Assembly: GCA_037440465.1 (NCBI GenBank)
Contig: JBBIUB010000001.1
Location: 92,415-156,414 of the forward strand
Reading direction: 5' to 3'
From: Coprothermobacterota bacterium
GTDB taxonomy: Bacteria > Coprothermobacterota > HKB111
Length of the DNA: 64,000 nucleotides
Shown here: in pieces, positions 45,891 to 55,295 of the stretch
Layout of the letters: the number at the start of each line of letters is the position of its first letter
Numbering within the stretch: the stretch's first letter is position 1
Notes under the pieces: model-generated
Database searches by the model: none
Seen by the model: only the letters and a program-made list of their open reading frames with translations
What the model was told of the DNA's origin: nothing
Made by a program: the position numbers and the translations under genes

Positions 45891-47432
45891 TTATAAAGGC
45901 ATATTACCGTGTTTTCTCGGAGGTCTAAACTCTCTCTTATTTACAGCAACGAGAAGAGCCTGGCATAATCTCCAGCGTACATCTGTAGGTTCAAGAATAT
46001 CATCTATGTATCCTCTCGCAGTAGCCACATAAGGGTTTGCGTATCTTGATTTATAATTTTCAATAAGAGAAGACCTTGTTTCTCCAGGGTTAGGGCTACC
46101 CTCTATTTCTTTCTTAAATATTATGTCAGCAGCTCCCTCTGGACCCATTACAGCAATCTCAGTAGTTGGTAATCCAAAAACATAATCCCCTCCCAGATGT
46201 CTACTACTCATAGCAATATATGCTCCACCATAAGCCTTTCTCACTATTAAAGTTATCTTAGGTACCGTTGCTTCAGAATATGCATATAAAAGTTTAGCTC
46301 CATGTCTAACTATTCCCCCATATTCCTGCATTCTTCCAGGCATATAACCTGGAACGTCAACTAAAGTAAGAAGAGGAATGTTAAAGGAATCGCAAAACCG
46401 AACAAATCGCGAAGCTTTATCAGATGAATCAATATCAAGAACACCAGCTAAGTATTGTGGTTGATTTGCAACAATTCCAACTACCCTACCACCAAGAGTA
46501 CCAAAACCTATTACAAGGTTCGGGGCAAATGATTCTTGAATCTCAAAGAAATTCTTATTATCCAGTATTTCCTTAATAACTTCTTTCATATTGTATCCCT
46601 TTGTGGAGTCAACGGGAATAATCTCCTGTAAATACTGGGTTGACCTATCCAAAGGATCTGAGTTTTCTTTAGTAGGCGGGTCCTCACTATTGTTAGAAGG
46701 TAAAAATGAAAGAAGTCTTCGGGTTAAAAGAAGAGCTTCTTTATCATCTGGAGCTACAAAATGGATGTTGCCACTGTGTTGAGCATGAACCTCAGCACCA
46801 CCAAGATCCTCAAGAGAGATTTCTTCTTGTGTTACTGTTTTTACAACTTGAGGACCTGTTATAAACATATAAGCAATTTTACTCATAATCGTAAAATCTG
46901 TCAAAGCAGGTGAATATACAGCACCACCAGCGCAGGGCCCAAGGAGTACGGAAATCTGGGGTATAACACCAGAAGCAATAGTATTTCGATAAAAAATTTC
47001 TCCATATCCCTTTAAGGAATCAATTCCTTCCTGGATTCGTGCTCCACCAGAGTCATTGAGACCAACAAGAGGAACGCCATATTTTAAAGCGGCTTCCTGA
47101 ACCTTCACAATCTTCTGGGCATGGGTTTCACCTAACGAGCCACCAGCGACAGTAAAATCCTGAGCAAAAACATAAACCAAACGACCATCTATGGTACCGT
47201 ATCCTGCAACGACACCGTCTCCAGGAAGTTCCTGCTTATCTAAACCAAAATCTGTTGCTCTATGCCTGGCGAATAAATCCTGTTCAACAAAAGTTGTTTT
47301 ATCAAGTAGTATCTCCAGGCGTTCACGAGCAGTTAGTTTCCCTTGTTGGTGGTGTTTTTTAATCCTTTCTTCTCCCCCTCCTAACTTAAGAGTCCTTTTG
47401 CGGTTCTTTAAGTCGTCAATCTTCTCCTCCAT
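45891..47432 (-). CDS. Acyl-CoA carboxyltransferase (methylmalonyl-CoA decarboxylase alpha / PccB type)
   Basis: 513 aa. LGGGEERIKKHHQQGKLTARER, two crotonase-like halves, and GPCAGGAVYSPALTDF and GRMQEYGGIVRHGAKLLYA blocks. Confidence 0.9.
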   Translation of the reverse strand: MEEKIDDLKNRKRTLKLGGGEERIKKHHQQGKLTARERLEILLDKTTFVEQDLFARHRATDFGLDKQELPGDGVVAGYGTIDGRLVYVFAQDFTVAGGSLGETHAQKIVKVQEAALKYGVPLVGLNDSGGARIQEGIDSLKGYGEIFYRNTIASGVIPQISVLLGPCAGGAVYSPALTDFTIMSKIAYMFITGPQVVKTVTQEEISLEDLGGAEVHAQHSGNIHFVAPDDKEALLLTRRLLSFLPSNNSEDPPTKENSDPLDRSTQYLQEIIPVDSTKGYNMKEVIKEILDNKNFFEIQESFAPNLVIGFGTLGGRVVGIVANQPQYLAGVLDIDSSDKASRFVRFCDSFNIPLLTLVDVPGYMPGRMQEYGGIVRHGAKLLYAYSEATVPKITLIVRKAYGGAYIAMSSRHLGGDYVFGLPTTEIAVMGPEGAADIIFKKEIEGSPNPGETRSSLIENYKSRYANPYVATARGYIDDILEPTDVRWRLCQALLVAVNKREFRPPRKHGNMPL

Positions 47433-47472
47433 ACTTCCTCCCTAATTATTAGTAATAAGTTAAGAGTAATGA

Positions 47473-47546
47473 GTAACGAGTTTAAAATCCTTAAATCTCA
47501 AATCCTCAAATCCTGTTTTTATTACTCATCACCAGTCACTCGTTAC
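47473..47546 (-). promoter_or_regulatory. Hairpin-flanked repeat element in the ftsH-carboxyltransferase spacer
   Basis: Perfect 9-bp inverted repeat (plus strand gtaacgagt 47473-47481 / actcgttac 47538-47546) encloses 56 nt. On the minus strand these include AGGAUUUG AGGAUUUG AGAUUUA AGGAUUUU (47484-47515). Confidence 0.4.
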
Positions 47547-47569
47547 AAGTCACATATATAGGCGACAGA

Positions 47570-49384
47570 TCAACTTACCGGGACAATTTGAATATTGGCT
47601 TCATATTTGTTAATAATATCGTCTAAATCACTTGCTTGAAGAACCTCTTTTTCTTTTAACTGATAGGCTACTTCCTCAGCTAAATTTTTCCTTTCTACTA
47701 ATATTTCTTTCACTTTTTTATAGCACTCATCTACAATAGACCTAACTTCTGCATCAATTAGAGAAGCTATTTCTGCGCTTAACGCTTTTGCTTTTACAAG
47801 ATCCCGACCCAGAAATACCATACCTTCCTTCTCTGCATAGTTTATGGGACCAAGTTGACTGCTCATCCCATACTCTACAACCATCCTATGAGCTATTTCA
47901 GTGGCTTGTTCAAGGTCATTCTCTGCGCCGGTCGTAATTTCATTAAGGATAATTTCCTCTGCTACTCTTCCACCAAGAAAAACAGAGATTTTCGCTAAAA
48001 GTTGTTCTCTTGTCATGATATAACGGTCTTCCGAAGGTAAAGGGATAGTATATCCAAGAGCCCTTCCTCTGGACACTACTGAGATACGATGCACCGGATC
48101 AGCTTGCGGAATACACTTAGAAACTATGGCATGTCCTGTTTCATGAACAGCAATAATCAATTTCTCTCTTTCGCTTACAACTCTATTCTTCTGAGGACCA
48201 GCAATTATTCTATCAACAGCTTCTTCTAATTCACTGGCATATATCATCTTCTTCCCGCGTCTGGCCGCTAAAAGAGCAGCCTCATTTAATAAATTACCAA
48301 GATCAGCACCGGAAAACCCTGGCGTACGTTTTGCAAGAGTCTCAAGGTTAACATCAGGTGCGAAAGGTTTCCCTTTGCTATGAACCTTTAAAATCTCCAA
48401 ACGACCTTTAATGTCAGGTATATCAATCAACACCCTGCGGTCAAAACGACCTGGCCTTAGTAAAGCAGGATCTAAAATATCAGGCCTGTTAGTTGCAGCT
48501 ATAACAATGACTCCAAGGTAAGGGTCAAAACCATCCATTTCAACAAGGAGTTGGTTCAAAGTCTGTTCTCTTTCATCATGGCCTCCTCCAATCCCCGCTC
48601 CTCTCTGACGACCTACAGCATCTATCTCATCAATAAAGATAATACATGGCGCTTGCTTCTTTGCTTGGTCAAAAAGATCTCTTACCCGAGAAGCTCCTAC
48701 CCCTACGAATAATTCTACAAACTCAGAGCCACTTACCGTAAAAAATGGTACACTTGCTTCTCCAGCCACAGCTCGTGCTAACAGTGTTTTGCCACACCCT
48801 GGAGGCCCTATTAAAAGTACACCTTTTGGTATTTTAGCACCAAGAGTCTGGAATTTGCGTGGATCCCTTAAAAATTCTACGACTTCCTGAAGCTCCATCT
48901 TGGATTCCTCAACACCTGCAGCGTCTTTAAATGTTACCTTAGGCTTATTATCAAGGAATAGCTTGGCTTTGCTTCTTCCAAAAGAGAATGCTTGACTGTT
49001 GGCTCCTTGAAGCTGCCGGACGAAAAAAAAGACTAGAAAAATAAGGGCTGCCAATGGTAGAATATTAAAAAATATTGTCCCCAACCAGTCAGTACGCGGG
49101 GGTTTAGCAATAATATCAACATCATAACTTCTGATTCTCTCTACTGCTGCATCATCCAACCAGGGAACGTGAACTGAGTATTTTATCCCTTCTTGTAGTG
49201 TCACTTTCAAGGTTTTATCTTCAATGACAACTGAACTTACCTTATTTTGGGATAATAATTCTTGAAATTCGGTATAGGAAATATCAGAAACTTTTGTATT
49301 TTGAGAATAGGATTGATAAAAACTCCACACCAGAATCCCTATTAATATCATAATAAAGAAGTATCTACTAAATTTAATATCCAT
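47570..49384 (-). CDS. ftsH: ATP-dependent zinc metalloprotease FtsH
   Basis: 604 aa. Two N-terminal TM segments, [23 protein letters not shown] region and HETGHA zinc motif. Confidence 0.95.
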   Translation of the reverse strand: MDIKFSRYFFIMILIGILVWSFYQSYSQNTKVSDISYTEFQELLSQNKVSSVVIEDKTLKVTLQEGIKYSVHVPWLDDAAVERIRSYDVDIIAKPPRTDWLGTIFFNILPLAALIFLVFFFVRQLQGANSQAFSFGRSKAKLFLDNKPKVTFKDAAGVEESKMELQEVVEFLRDPRKFQTLGAKIPKGVLLIGPPGCGKTLLARAVAGEASVPFFTVSGSEFVELFVGVGASRVRDLFDQAKKQAPCIIFIDEIDAVGRQRGAGIGGGHDEREQTLNQLLVEMDGFDPYLGVIVIAATNRPDILDPALLRPGRFDRRVLIDIPDIKGRLEILKVHSKGKPFAPDVNLETLAKRTPGFSGADLGNLLNEAALLAARRGKKMIYASELEEAVDRIIAGPQKNRVVSEREKLIIAVHETGHAIVSKCIPQADPVHRISVVSRGRALGYTIPLPSEDRYIMTREQLLAKISVFLGGRVAEEIILNEITTGAENDLEQATEIAHRMVVEYGMSSQLGPINYAEKEGMVFLGRDLVKAKALSAEIASLIDAEVRSIVDECYKKVKEILVERKNLAEEVAYQLKEKEVLQASDLDDIINKYEANIQIVPVS

Positions 49385-49402
49385 ATTTTATTATAGCACC
49401 TG

Positions 49403-49939
49403 TTATAAATAAAGTTCTTCCTTGAGTACTCCTACAAACGGAAGGTTCCTATGTTTCCCACCAAAATCGAGTCCATACCCCACTACAAATTTATTCGGTA
49501 TGGAAAAACCTATGTACTCTACATTAACTTCTACTTTACGCCTTTCTTTCTTATCAAGAAGTACACAAGTCCTTAAACTTTTTGGATTCCTTGAAGTCAA
49601 TAACTCTTGAATATATTTAAGTGTCAATCCAGTATCTACAATGTCCTCTATAAGTAAAACATTCTTGTCTTCGACAGGCTCATCCAAATCTTTAATAATA
49701 CGAACTACTCCAGAGGATTCTGTAGCCTTTCCATAGCTGGAAACTCCAATAAAATCTATTGTCACGGGAATCTCAAGTTTTCGTATAAGGTCAGATGCAA
49801 AAATTGTAGCTCCCTTCAGCACAGATACTGTGTGGATAGTTTCGCCTTTGTAATCCTTGCTAATCTCTTTAGCCAGTTCTTCTACCCTAGCCTGAAGCAC
49901 TTCTTCACTAATTAATACCTCTTCTATAAGATTTCCCAT
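49403..49939 (-). CDS. hpt: Hypoxanthine phosphoribosyltransferase
   Basis: 178 aa. VLLIEDIVDTGLTL PRPP loop and a VVGYGLDF tail. Confidence 0.9.
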   Translation of the reverse strand: MGNLIEEVLISEEVLQARVEELAKEISKDYKGETIHTVSVLKGATIFASDLIRKLEIPVTIDFIGVSSYGKATESSGVVRIIKDLDEPVEDKNVLLIEDIVDTGLTLKYIQELLTSRNPKSLRTCVLLDKKERRKVEVNVEYIGFSIPNKFVVGYGLDFGGKHRNLPFVGVLKEELYL

Positions 49940-50021
49940 TTTACATCCTCCATGTTAATTATTTTTAGATAATCTTTCTTATTTATTAATTTAGTGGGTC
50001 ATTCTCCTATTAAGTTGCGTA

Positions 50022-51410
50022 TTATAGCTTAAGGATTCCCTTTTCTTTAACTGTTATGAGAATCCCTTCTTCCCCGACACCAACTTGGGCTTTATCAACG
50101 CCTATTATCCAAAAAACTCTTTCGTTATCCGCTAATACAGGTATGGCTTCCCTTTTATCTCTTTCAATTTTTTTATCAATCATTATATCCTGTATTTTCC
50201 TGGTATGACCTTGTATTCTTCTAAGACTTATCTTATCTCCGGGTAATCTTGATCTTACAATTAATGGATAACGATAGCTATTTAAGGGAAGAAATATCTC
50301 ATTATCTCTTTCTTCTACTGGTTTTTTTGCATATTCTACTTTCAAAGTTACGCCAGATTCATCAATACGAGTGATCCCGGGTATAGCTAGAGTGTAATTA
50401 AAACTACACTTATCTGGCAAATCCTTTACTTCTACAAGTAAGGGTGAAATAGGTAATATTAAAAATTGTCCTTCTTTTTTGGCAATATAGCCAGTTTTAA
50501 GGTCTACTTCAACATCTTTACTTCTAGTTGTGATACTTAGTACTCTGTGTATCATATCTCTGCTTGCTTTAATGTCTAAATCTTCAAGAATAGTAAGAAT
50601 TAATCTTTTCTTTAAAACTGAAGGAATACCACTGAAAAGGGAAAGGTCTACCCTCCAAAAACTGCCTACTTTTTTAGCAATTTTTTCTAAAATACCTTTT
50701 ACGATATTTTCCATAAAGTAATCTACCTCTTTAGCATCTTCGGCTATAGAAAATAAGTGCTCTTTAAAACCTGGGTTGATTTTTAGTAATTCTGGAAAAA
50801 TCTGGAGACGGACCTTATTTCTTATATACTGCATATCAAAATTGCAGGAATCTACTACAAAAGGAATTCCTTTCACGCTTGCATATTCTAAAATCTCGTT
50901 GCGATAGAATGGTAAAAGAGGTCTAAATAAATCCTCTTTGAGAATCTCCATTGCCTTAAGACCCCTGATACCTACTCCAGTAAGTAATCTATAAAATACA
51001 GTTTCCACCTGATCATCAGCATTATGTGCGGTCACAATATAACCTTCCCCTAATGAATCAAGACAGTCTCTTAAACCTTTATATCTCAATATTCTCCCTG
51101 CTTCTTCGGGGGATATCTTTTTTTTATTAACGAAATCTTTTACAGACTTTTTCTCTACAATCAAAGGAATAGACCACTCCCTGGTTACCTTTTGAAGAAA
51201 AATAACATCTCTGTCTGCATCTTCTCTCATTCCGTGATGAAGATGATAAGCATAAAGGTTAAAACAAAATTCCTGAGCTACCTCTTTAAGAAGATAAGTA
51301 AGAACCATAGAATCCACTCCTCCTGATAATCCAATTAGTAAAAGACAACCATTAGAAGGTAGTGTCAAGGATGAAATTATTTTCTTTAATTTGGGAATTG
51401 GGTTTAACAT
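50022..51410 (-). CDS. tilS: tRNA(Ile)-lysidine synthetase
   Basis: 462 aa. PP-loop LSGGVDSMVL. Conserved tilS-hpt-ftsH gene order. Confidence 0.9.
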   Translation of the reverse strand: MLNPIPKLKKIISSLTLPSNGCLLLIGLSGGVDSMVLTYLLKEVAQEFCFNLYAYHLHHGMREDADRDVIFLQKVTREWSIPLIVEKKSVKDFVNKKKISPEEAGRILRYKGLRDCLDSLGEGYIVTAHNADDQVETVFYRLLTGVGIRGLKAMEILKEDLFRPLLPFYRNEILEYASVKGIPFVVDSCNFDMQYIRNKVRLQIFPELLKINPGFKEHLFSIAEDAKEVDYFMENIVKGILEKIAKKVGSFWRVDLSLFSGIPSVLKKRLILTILEDLDIKASRDMIHRVLSITTRSKDVEVDLKTGYIAKKEGQFLILPISPLLVEVKDLPDKCSFNYTLAIPGITRIDESGVTLKVEYAKKPVEERDNEIFLPLNSYRYPLIVRSRLPGDKISLRRIQGHTRKIQDIMIDKKIERDKREAIPVLADNERVFWIIGVDKAQVGVGEEGILITVKEKGILKL

Positions 51411-51418
51411 ATTAGTAG

Positions 51419-51492
51419 TGGCGGCGCAGGGATTCGAACCCCGGACACTACGGGTATGAGCCGTATGCTCTAACCAACTGAGCTACACCGCC
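51419..51492 (-). tRNA. tRNA with CAU anticodon, most likely elongator tRNA-Met (tRNA-Ile2 not excluded); no encoded CCA
   Basis: Hand-folded cloverleaf: acceptor GGCGGUG/CGCCGCC (one G-U), D arm GCUC-AGUUGGUUA-GAGC, anticodon arm UACGG-CUCAUAC-CCGUA, T arm CGGGG-UUCGAAU-CCCUG, A73. Resembles recalled Bacillus elongator tRNA-Met. Confidence 0.85.
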
Positions 51493-51511
51493 CTGCGCAA
51501 CTAATAATAAA

Positions 51512-51588
51512 TGGTAGCGGGGGAAGGATTTGAACCTTCGACCTCCGGGTTATGAGCCCGGCGAGCTACCTGGCTGCTCCACCCCGCG
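51512..51588 (-). tRNA. Initiator tRNA-fMet (CAU), CCA encoded
   Basis: CGCGGGGUGGAGCAGCCAGGUAGCUCGCCGGGCUCAUAACCCGGAGGUCGAAGGUUCAAAUCCUUCCCCCGCUACCA. It has a C1:A72 mismatch and three G-C pairs closing the anticodon stem, and is near-identical in pattern to E. coli tRNA-fMet. Confidence 0.92.
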
Positions 51589-51598
51589 ATAACTATTT

Positions 51599-51628
51599 AT
51601 TATACCCTTAAAAATAGGATCTTGTCAA
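51599..51628 (-). promoter_or_regulatory. Sigma-70-type promoter candidate in front of the tRNA pair
   Basis: Minus strand: TTGACA (51623-51628), 18-nt spacer, TATAAT (51599-51604). The -10 box ends 10 nt before tRNA-fMet position 1. Confidence 0.6.
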
Positions 51629-51637
51629 TTAAAGTAT

Positions 51638-52594
51638 TTAAGAATCCCTGACAATCCAGGTTCCTGTCTCATTTCTTAAAGCGGATATCAGAGAATCAGG
51701 AGAAGCTATAAGCACCTTTCCATTTATTTTTTCGAGGTACTTTATGGACGCCAAAATTTTAGGGCCCATGCTCCCCGCTGGAAAATGCCCTTCATTATAA
51801 TACCTCTTGGCTTCAAATAGAGTCATTTTACTTATCTTCTTCTCATTATCTTTGCCGAAGTTTAAAGCTACTTGAGAAACGCCTGTTAGAATTATAAACA
51901 AACCAGCTCCGAGTTCTTCAGCTAAAAGAGCAGAGCCTAAATCTTTATCAATAACTGCCTCCACACCTATTAATTTTCCACCATCATTACATACAGGTAT
52001 TCCCCCACCACCAACAGCAACAACAAGGTGACCTCTTTCAGTTAGATCCTCGATGGCTCTGTATTCTATTATCTCACGGGGTATTGGTGAAGGTACAATC
52101 CTTCTCCATCCACGTCCTGAATCTTCCTTAACAACCCAACCTTTTTCTTTACTCAACTTGCAGGCTTCCTCTTCAGAATAGAAAAGACCAACATATTTTG
52201 TAGGATTTTTAAAGGCTGGATCTTCCTTATCTACTAAGGTTCGTGTTACAACAGAAACAACAGATCGATTAACTCCAGCTTGATTCAAGGCTTCCTGAAG
52301 TGGTTGGATCATCATATATCCTATACTTCCCTGAGTTTCTGCACCACACACATCCAATGTATGGGGAGGGACTGCATGTTGACTAAGCTCCGAACGCAAA
52401 AGGGTATTTCCAACCTGGGGACCGTTGCCATGGGTTATTACGATATTCAGATCCTCTCTCATCAGAAATGGGAGAAGATGCTTTACTGTCTCTTTTATGT
52501 TTTTGTATTGTTCTTCAACAGTACCTTTTTCGCCAGTTCGCAAAATAGCATTTCCACCGAGTGCTATCACTATGAACTCTTTACCGTTTCTCAA
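51638..52594 (-). CDS. arcC: Carbamate kinase
   Basis: 318 aa. IALGGNAIL, THGNGPQVG and VAVGGGGIPV blocks. Confidence 0.9.
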   Translation of the reverse strand: MRNGKEFIVIALGGNAILRTGEKGTVEEQYKNIKETVKHLLPFLMREDLNIVITHGNGPQVGNTLLRSELSQHAVPPHTLDVCGAETQGSIGYMMIQPLQEALNQAGVNRSVVSVVTRTLVDKEDPAFKNPTKYVGLFYSEEEACKLSKEKGWVVKEDSGRGWRRIVPSPIPREIIEYRAIEDLTERGHLVVAVGGGGIPVCNDGGKLIGVEAVIDKDLGSALLAEELGAGLFIILTGVSQVALNFGKDNEKKISKMTLFEAKRYYNEGHFPAGSMGPKILASIKYLEKINGKVLIASPDSLISALRNETGTWIVRDS

Positions 52595-52603
52595 TTTAGA
52601 CTC

Positions 52604-53530
52604 CTAAAGTAAAAGAGCCAGGATGGCTTTCTGAGCGTGCAGCCTATTTTCAGCTTGGTCAAAAACCACTGATTGAGGTCCATCCATTACCTCGTTGGTT
52701 ATCTCTTCTCCTCTGTGTGCGGGTAGGCAGTGTAACACAACAGCTTCAGGAGAAGCAAAGTTTAGAAGTGAAGAATTAACTTGATAAGGTATAAAGACCT
52801 TCTTCCTCTCTATAGCCTCCTCTTCTTGCCCCATACTGGCCCAAACATCTGAATATACTACATCTGCTTTCTCTATAGCTTCTTCAGGATTGGAAACTAC
52901 CTTGATGGTGCCACCACTCTTCAAAGCTTCCGCCTGAGCCATTTCTACGACAAAAGCTGATGGTTCATAGTAAGGAGGCGAAGCTACTCTTATATGCATT
53001 CCCACCTTGGCTCCACCAAGAAGAAGGGCGTTACACACATTGTTTCCATCACCTATATAAGCCATGGTCACCCCCTTAAGACTTCCCTTCTTCTCCTTGA
53101 CAGTCATAAGATCTCCAAGAACCTGGCAGGGGTGATATAGGTCAGATAAACCATTTATCACTGGTATAGAAGCATATTCAGCTAACTCCTCAAGAGTCTT
53201 ATGAGAATAGACTCTTGCCATTATACCGTTTAAATAACGAGAAAGTGTGCGAGCTGTGTCTGCAATGGTTTCTCCTCTTTTAAGCTGAAGATCTTGAGCT
53301 CCGAGATAAAGGGCATGGCCTCCAAGCTCATACATAGCAACTTCAAAAGAGACCCTGGTGCGAGTTGAGGGTTTCTCAAAAATCATACCGAGAGTCTTAC
53401 CCTGCAAAGAATTATGAATTATATTGCTTCTCTTCATCCTTTTCAACATAAACCCTGTTTCTAAAATTTCTTCTATCTCTTCTAAGGATAAATCTCCCAG
53501 GCTTAATAGGTCTCTTCCCCTAAGATTCAT
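52604..53530 (-). CDS. argF: Ornithine carbamoyltransferase
   Basis: 308 aa. FEKPSTRTRVSFE, HPCQ, DGNNV and HCLPAHRGEE motifs. The anabolic versus catabolic role cannot be decided from sequence. Confidence 0.9.
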   Translation of the reverse strand: MNLRGRDLLSLGDLSLEEIEEILETGFMLKRMKRSNIIHNSLQGKTLGMIFEKPSTRTRVSFEVAMYELGGHALYLGAQDLQLKRGETIADTARTLSRYLNGIMARVYSHKTLEELAEYASIPVINGLSDLYHPCQVLGDLMTVKEKKGSLKGVTMAYIGDGNNVCNALLLGGAKVGMHIRVASPPYYEPSAFVVEMAQAEALKSGGTIKVVSNPEEAIEKADVVYSDVWASMGQEEEAIERKKVFIPYQVNSSLLNFASPEAVVLHCLPAHRGEEITNEVMDGPQSVVFDQAENRLHAQKAILALLL

Positions 53531-54873
53531 GCTTCCACCTCCTTTTCCTTGATTATATGAGGAATTCTCTCTTTAAGAATGGAGCTCAGGGTAGGCTCCC
53601 CAATCTCTTGAAGCTCGTAAGTCACACGGACCGCTGGCTTATTTAGTTTTACTAGCCTTCGTAAATCTATGGGTGTAGCTACAATTACCAAATCAGCTGG
53701 AATTTGATTAAGGGTCTCTTCCATCTCCTTTATCTGGTTCTCGCTATAACCCATAGCTGGTAGAACATCTTCAGTTTGAGTATAGCGGGTAAAGGTACCT
53801 TTAATGGTTCCTACTGCATAAGGTTTTGGGCTAATAATTTCAGATGCCCCATATTTCAGAGCTGCAACATAGCCAGCGCCATACGCCATCTCTCCATGAG
53901 TTAAAGTAGGACCATCTTCAACTATCACTACTTTCTTTCCTCTTATCTTCCCCCCTTCCTCTACATATATAGGAGAAGCAGCTTCAACTATAATTGCCCG
54001 GGGATTAAACTTACGGGCACTAACCCTTACCTTATTCACATTATCAAGAGAAGCTGTATCAAGCTTATTTATAACTAAAACATCGGCTGATCTCAGATTG
54101 GTCTCACCTGGGTGATAACCAATCTCATGACTGGCCCTCAGCGGATCAAGAACCACTATACTTAAATCACTCTTATAGAATGAAAAGTCATTATTTCCAC
54201 CATCCCACACAACCACATCTGCTTCTCGCTGAGCAGATTCCAGAATATCGCCGTAGTCAACACCAGCATATACAATCATTCCCTTAATAATATGAGGTTC
54301 ATACTCTTCCATCTCTTCTATGGTGCATTTGTGCTTTTCAAGGTCAGCAATGGTCTCAAATCTCTGTACTCTCTGGATGGCAAGGTCACCATAGGGCATG
54401 GGGTGCCTGACAACAACCACTTTGAGTCCCATCTCCTTTAAAATGCCGGCAACCCTTCTGGTAGTCTGACTCTTACCTGCCCCAGTTCTAATAGCCCCTA
54501 CAGAAACTACCGGTTTTCTTGCTGCGATCTGGGTGCTACCTGGCCCTAAAAGCCAGAAATCTGCTCCTGAAGCAAGAGTAAGAGATGCCTTGTGCATAAC
54601 ATATTCGTGAGAAACATCGCTATAAGAAAAAACTATTACTTTTACACCCAGTTCTTTAATTAAACGGGTAAGCTCTTCTTCAGCATATATAGGAATACCC
54701 ATTGGATATAATTTACCAGACAGAGATGAAGGATACTTCCTGCCCTCTATATCGGGAATCTGAGTGGCTGTAAAAGCAATAACTTCATACTTCTCATTAT
54801 CTCTGAAAAAAACATTGAAATTATGAAAATCACGTCCAGCTGCTCCCATAATGAGCACTTTGATTCTTCCCAT
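53527..54873 (-). CDS. Uncharacterised P-loop GTPase-like protein (COG2403 / cyclic-2,3-diphosphoglycerate-synthetase-like family)
   Basis: 448 aa. P-loop IRTGAGKSQTT and an NKLD (NKxD) guanine-specificity motif. The family assignment is from memory of the MGAAGRDFHNFN N-terminus. 4-nt overlap with the OTC gene. Confidence 0.55.
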   Translation of the reverse strand: MGRIKVLIMGAAGRDFHNFNVFFRDNEKYEVIAFTATQIPDIEGRKYPSSLSGKLYPMGIPIYAEEELTRLIKELGVKVIVFSYSDVSHEYVMHKASLTLASGADFWLLGPGSTQIAARKPVVSVGAIRTGAGKSQTTRRVAGILKEMGLKVVVVRHPMPYGDLAIQRVQRFETIADLEKHKCTIEEMEEYEPHIIKGMIVYAGVDYGDILESAQREADVVVWDGGNNDFSFYKSDLSIVVLDPLRASHEIGYHPGETNLRSADVLVINKLDTASLDNVNKVRVSARKFNPRAIIVEAASPIYVEEGGKIRGKKVVIVEDGPTLTHGEMAYGAGYVAALKYGASEIISPKPYAVGTIKGTFTRYTQTEDVLPAMGYSENQIKEMEETLNQIPADLVIVATPIDLRRLVKLNKPAVRVTYELQEIGEPTLSSILKERIPHIIKEKEVEA

Positions 54874-54896
54874 GTTGAGACCCCCTTAATTGAAAA

Positions 54897-55295
54897 TTAT
54901 CTCTTTCTATACTGACGATCTTTACGAGCTCGATGAAGACCAAATTTCTTTCTTTCTTTCTCACGTGGGTCTCTGGTTAATAACCCTTCTTTTCTTAAAA
55001 CTGGCTTGAGCTCGGGGTCAAGATTAACAATAGCTCTTGCAATTCCCAAACTTAAAGCTCCAGCCTGCCCTGAAATACCTCCTCCCCCGACCCGAGCAGA
55101 AATATCCAGTAGAGAAAGTGTATTCGTAACAATGAGAGGCTTAGTTACACGCAATTCTAAGGATTTCCTCTCCTGAAGAAGTTCCAATAATGATTTTCCA
55201 TTAACCACTATATTTCCAGTACCTTTTCTCGCCAAAATCACAGCCACAGCCCTTTTTCTTCGACCAGTAGCTTGAATTGTTGTAATTGGAATCAT
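54897..55295 (-). CDS. rpsI: 30S ribosomal protein S9
   Basis: 132 aa. GGGISGQAGALSLGIARA and a basic ...RARKDRQYRKR tail. Confidence 0.95.
   Translation of the reverse strand: MIPITTIQATGRRKRAVAVILARKGTGNIVVNGKSLLELLQERKSLELRVTKPLIVTNTLSLLDISARVGGGGISGQAGALSLGIARAIVNLDPELKPVLRKEGLLTRDPREKERKKFGLHRARKDRQYRKR

Noticed and set aside
51419-51492. Calling the CAU tRNA next to tilS tRNA-Ile2 (the lysidine substrate).
   Set aside because: Its acceptor, D and anticodon arms most resemble my recollection of Bacillus elongator tRNA-Met. Met versus Ile2 cannot be decided by eye, so it is kept as probable Met with the alternative flagged in the findings.
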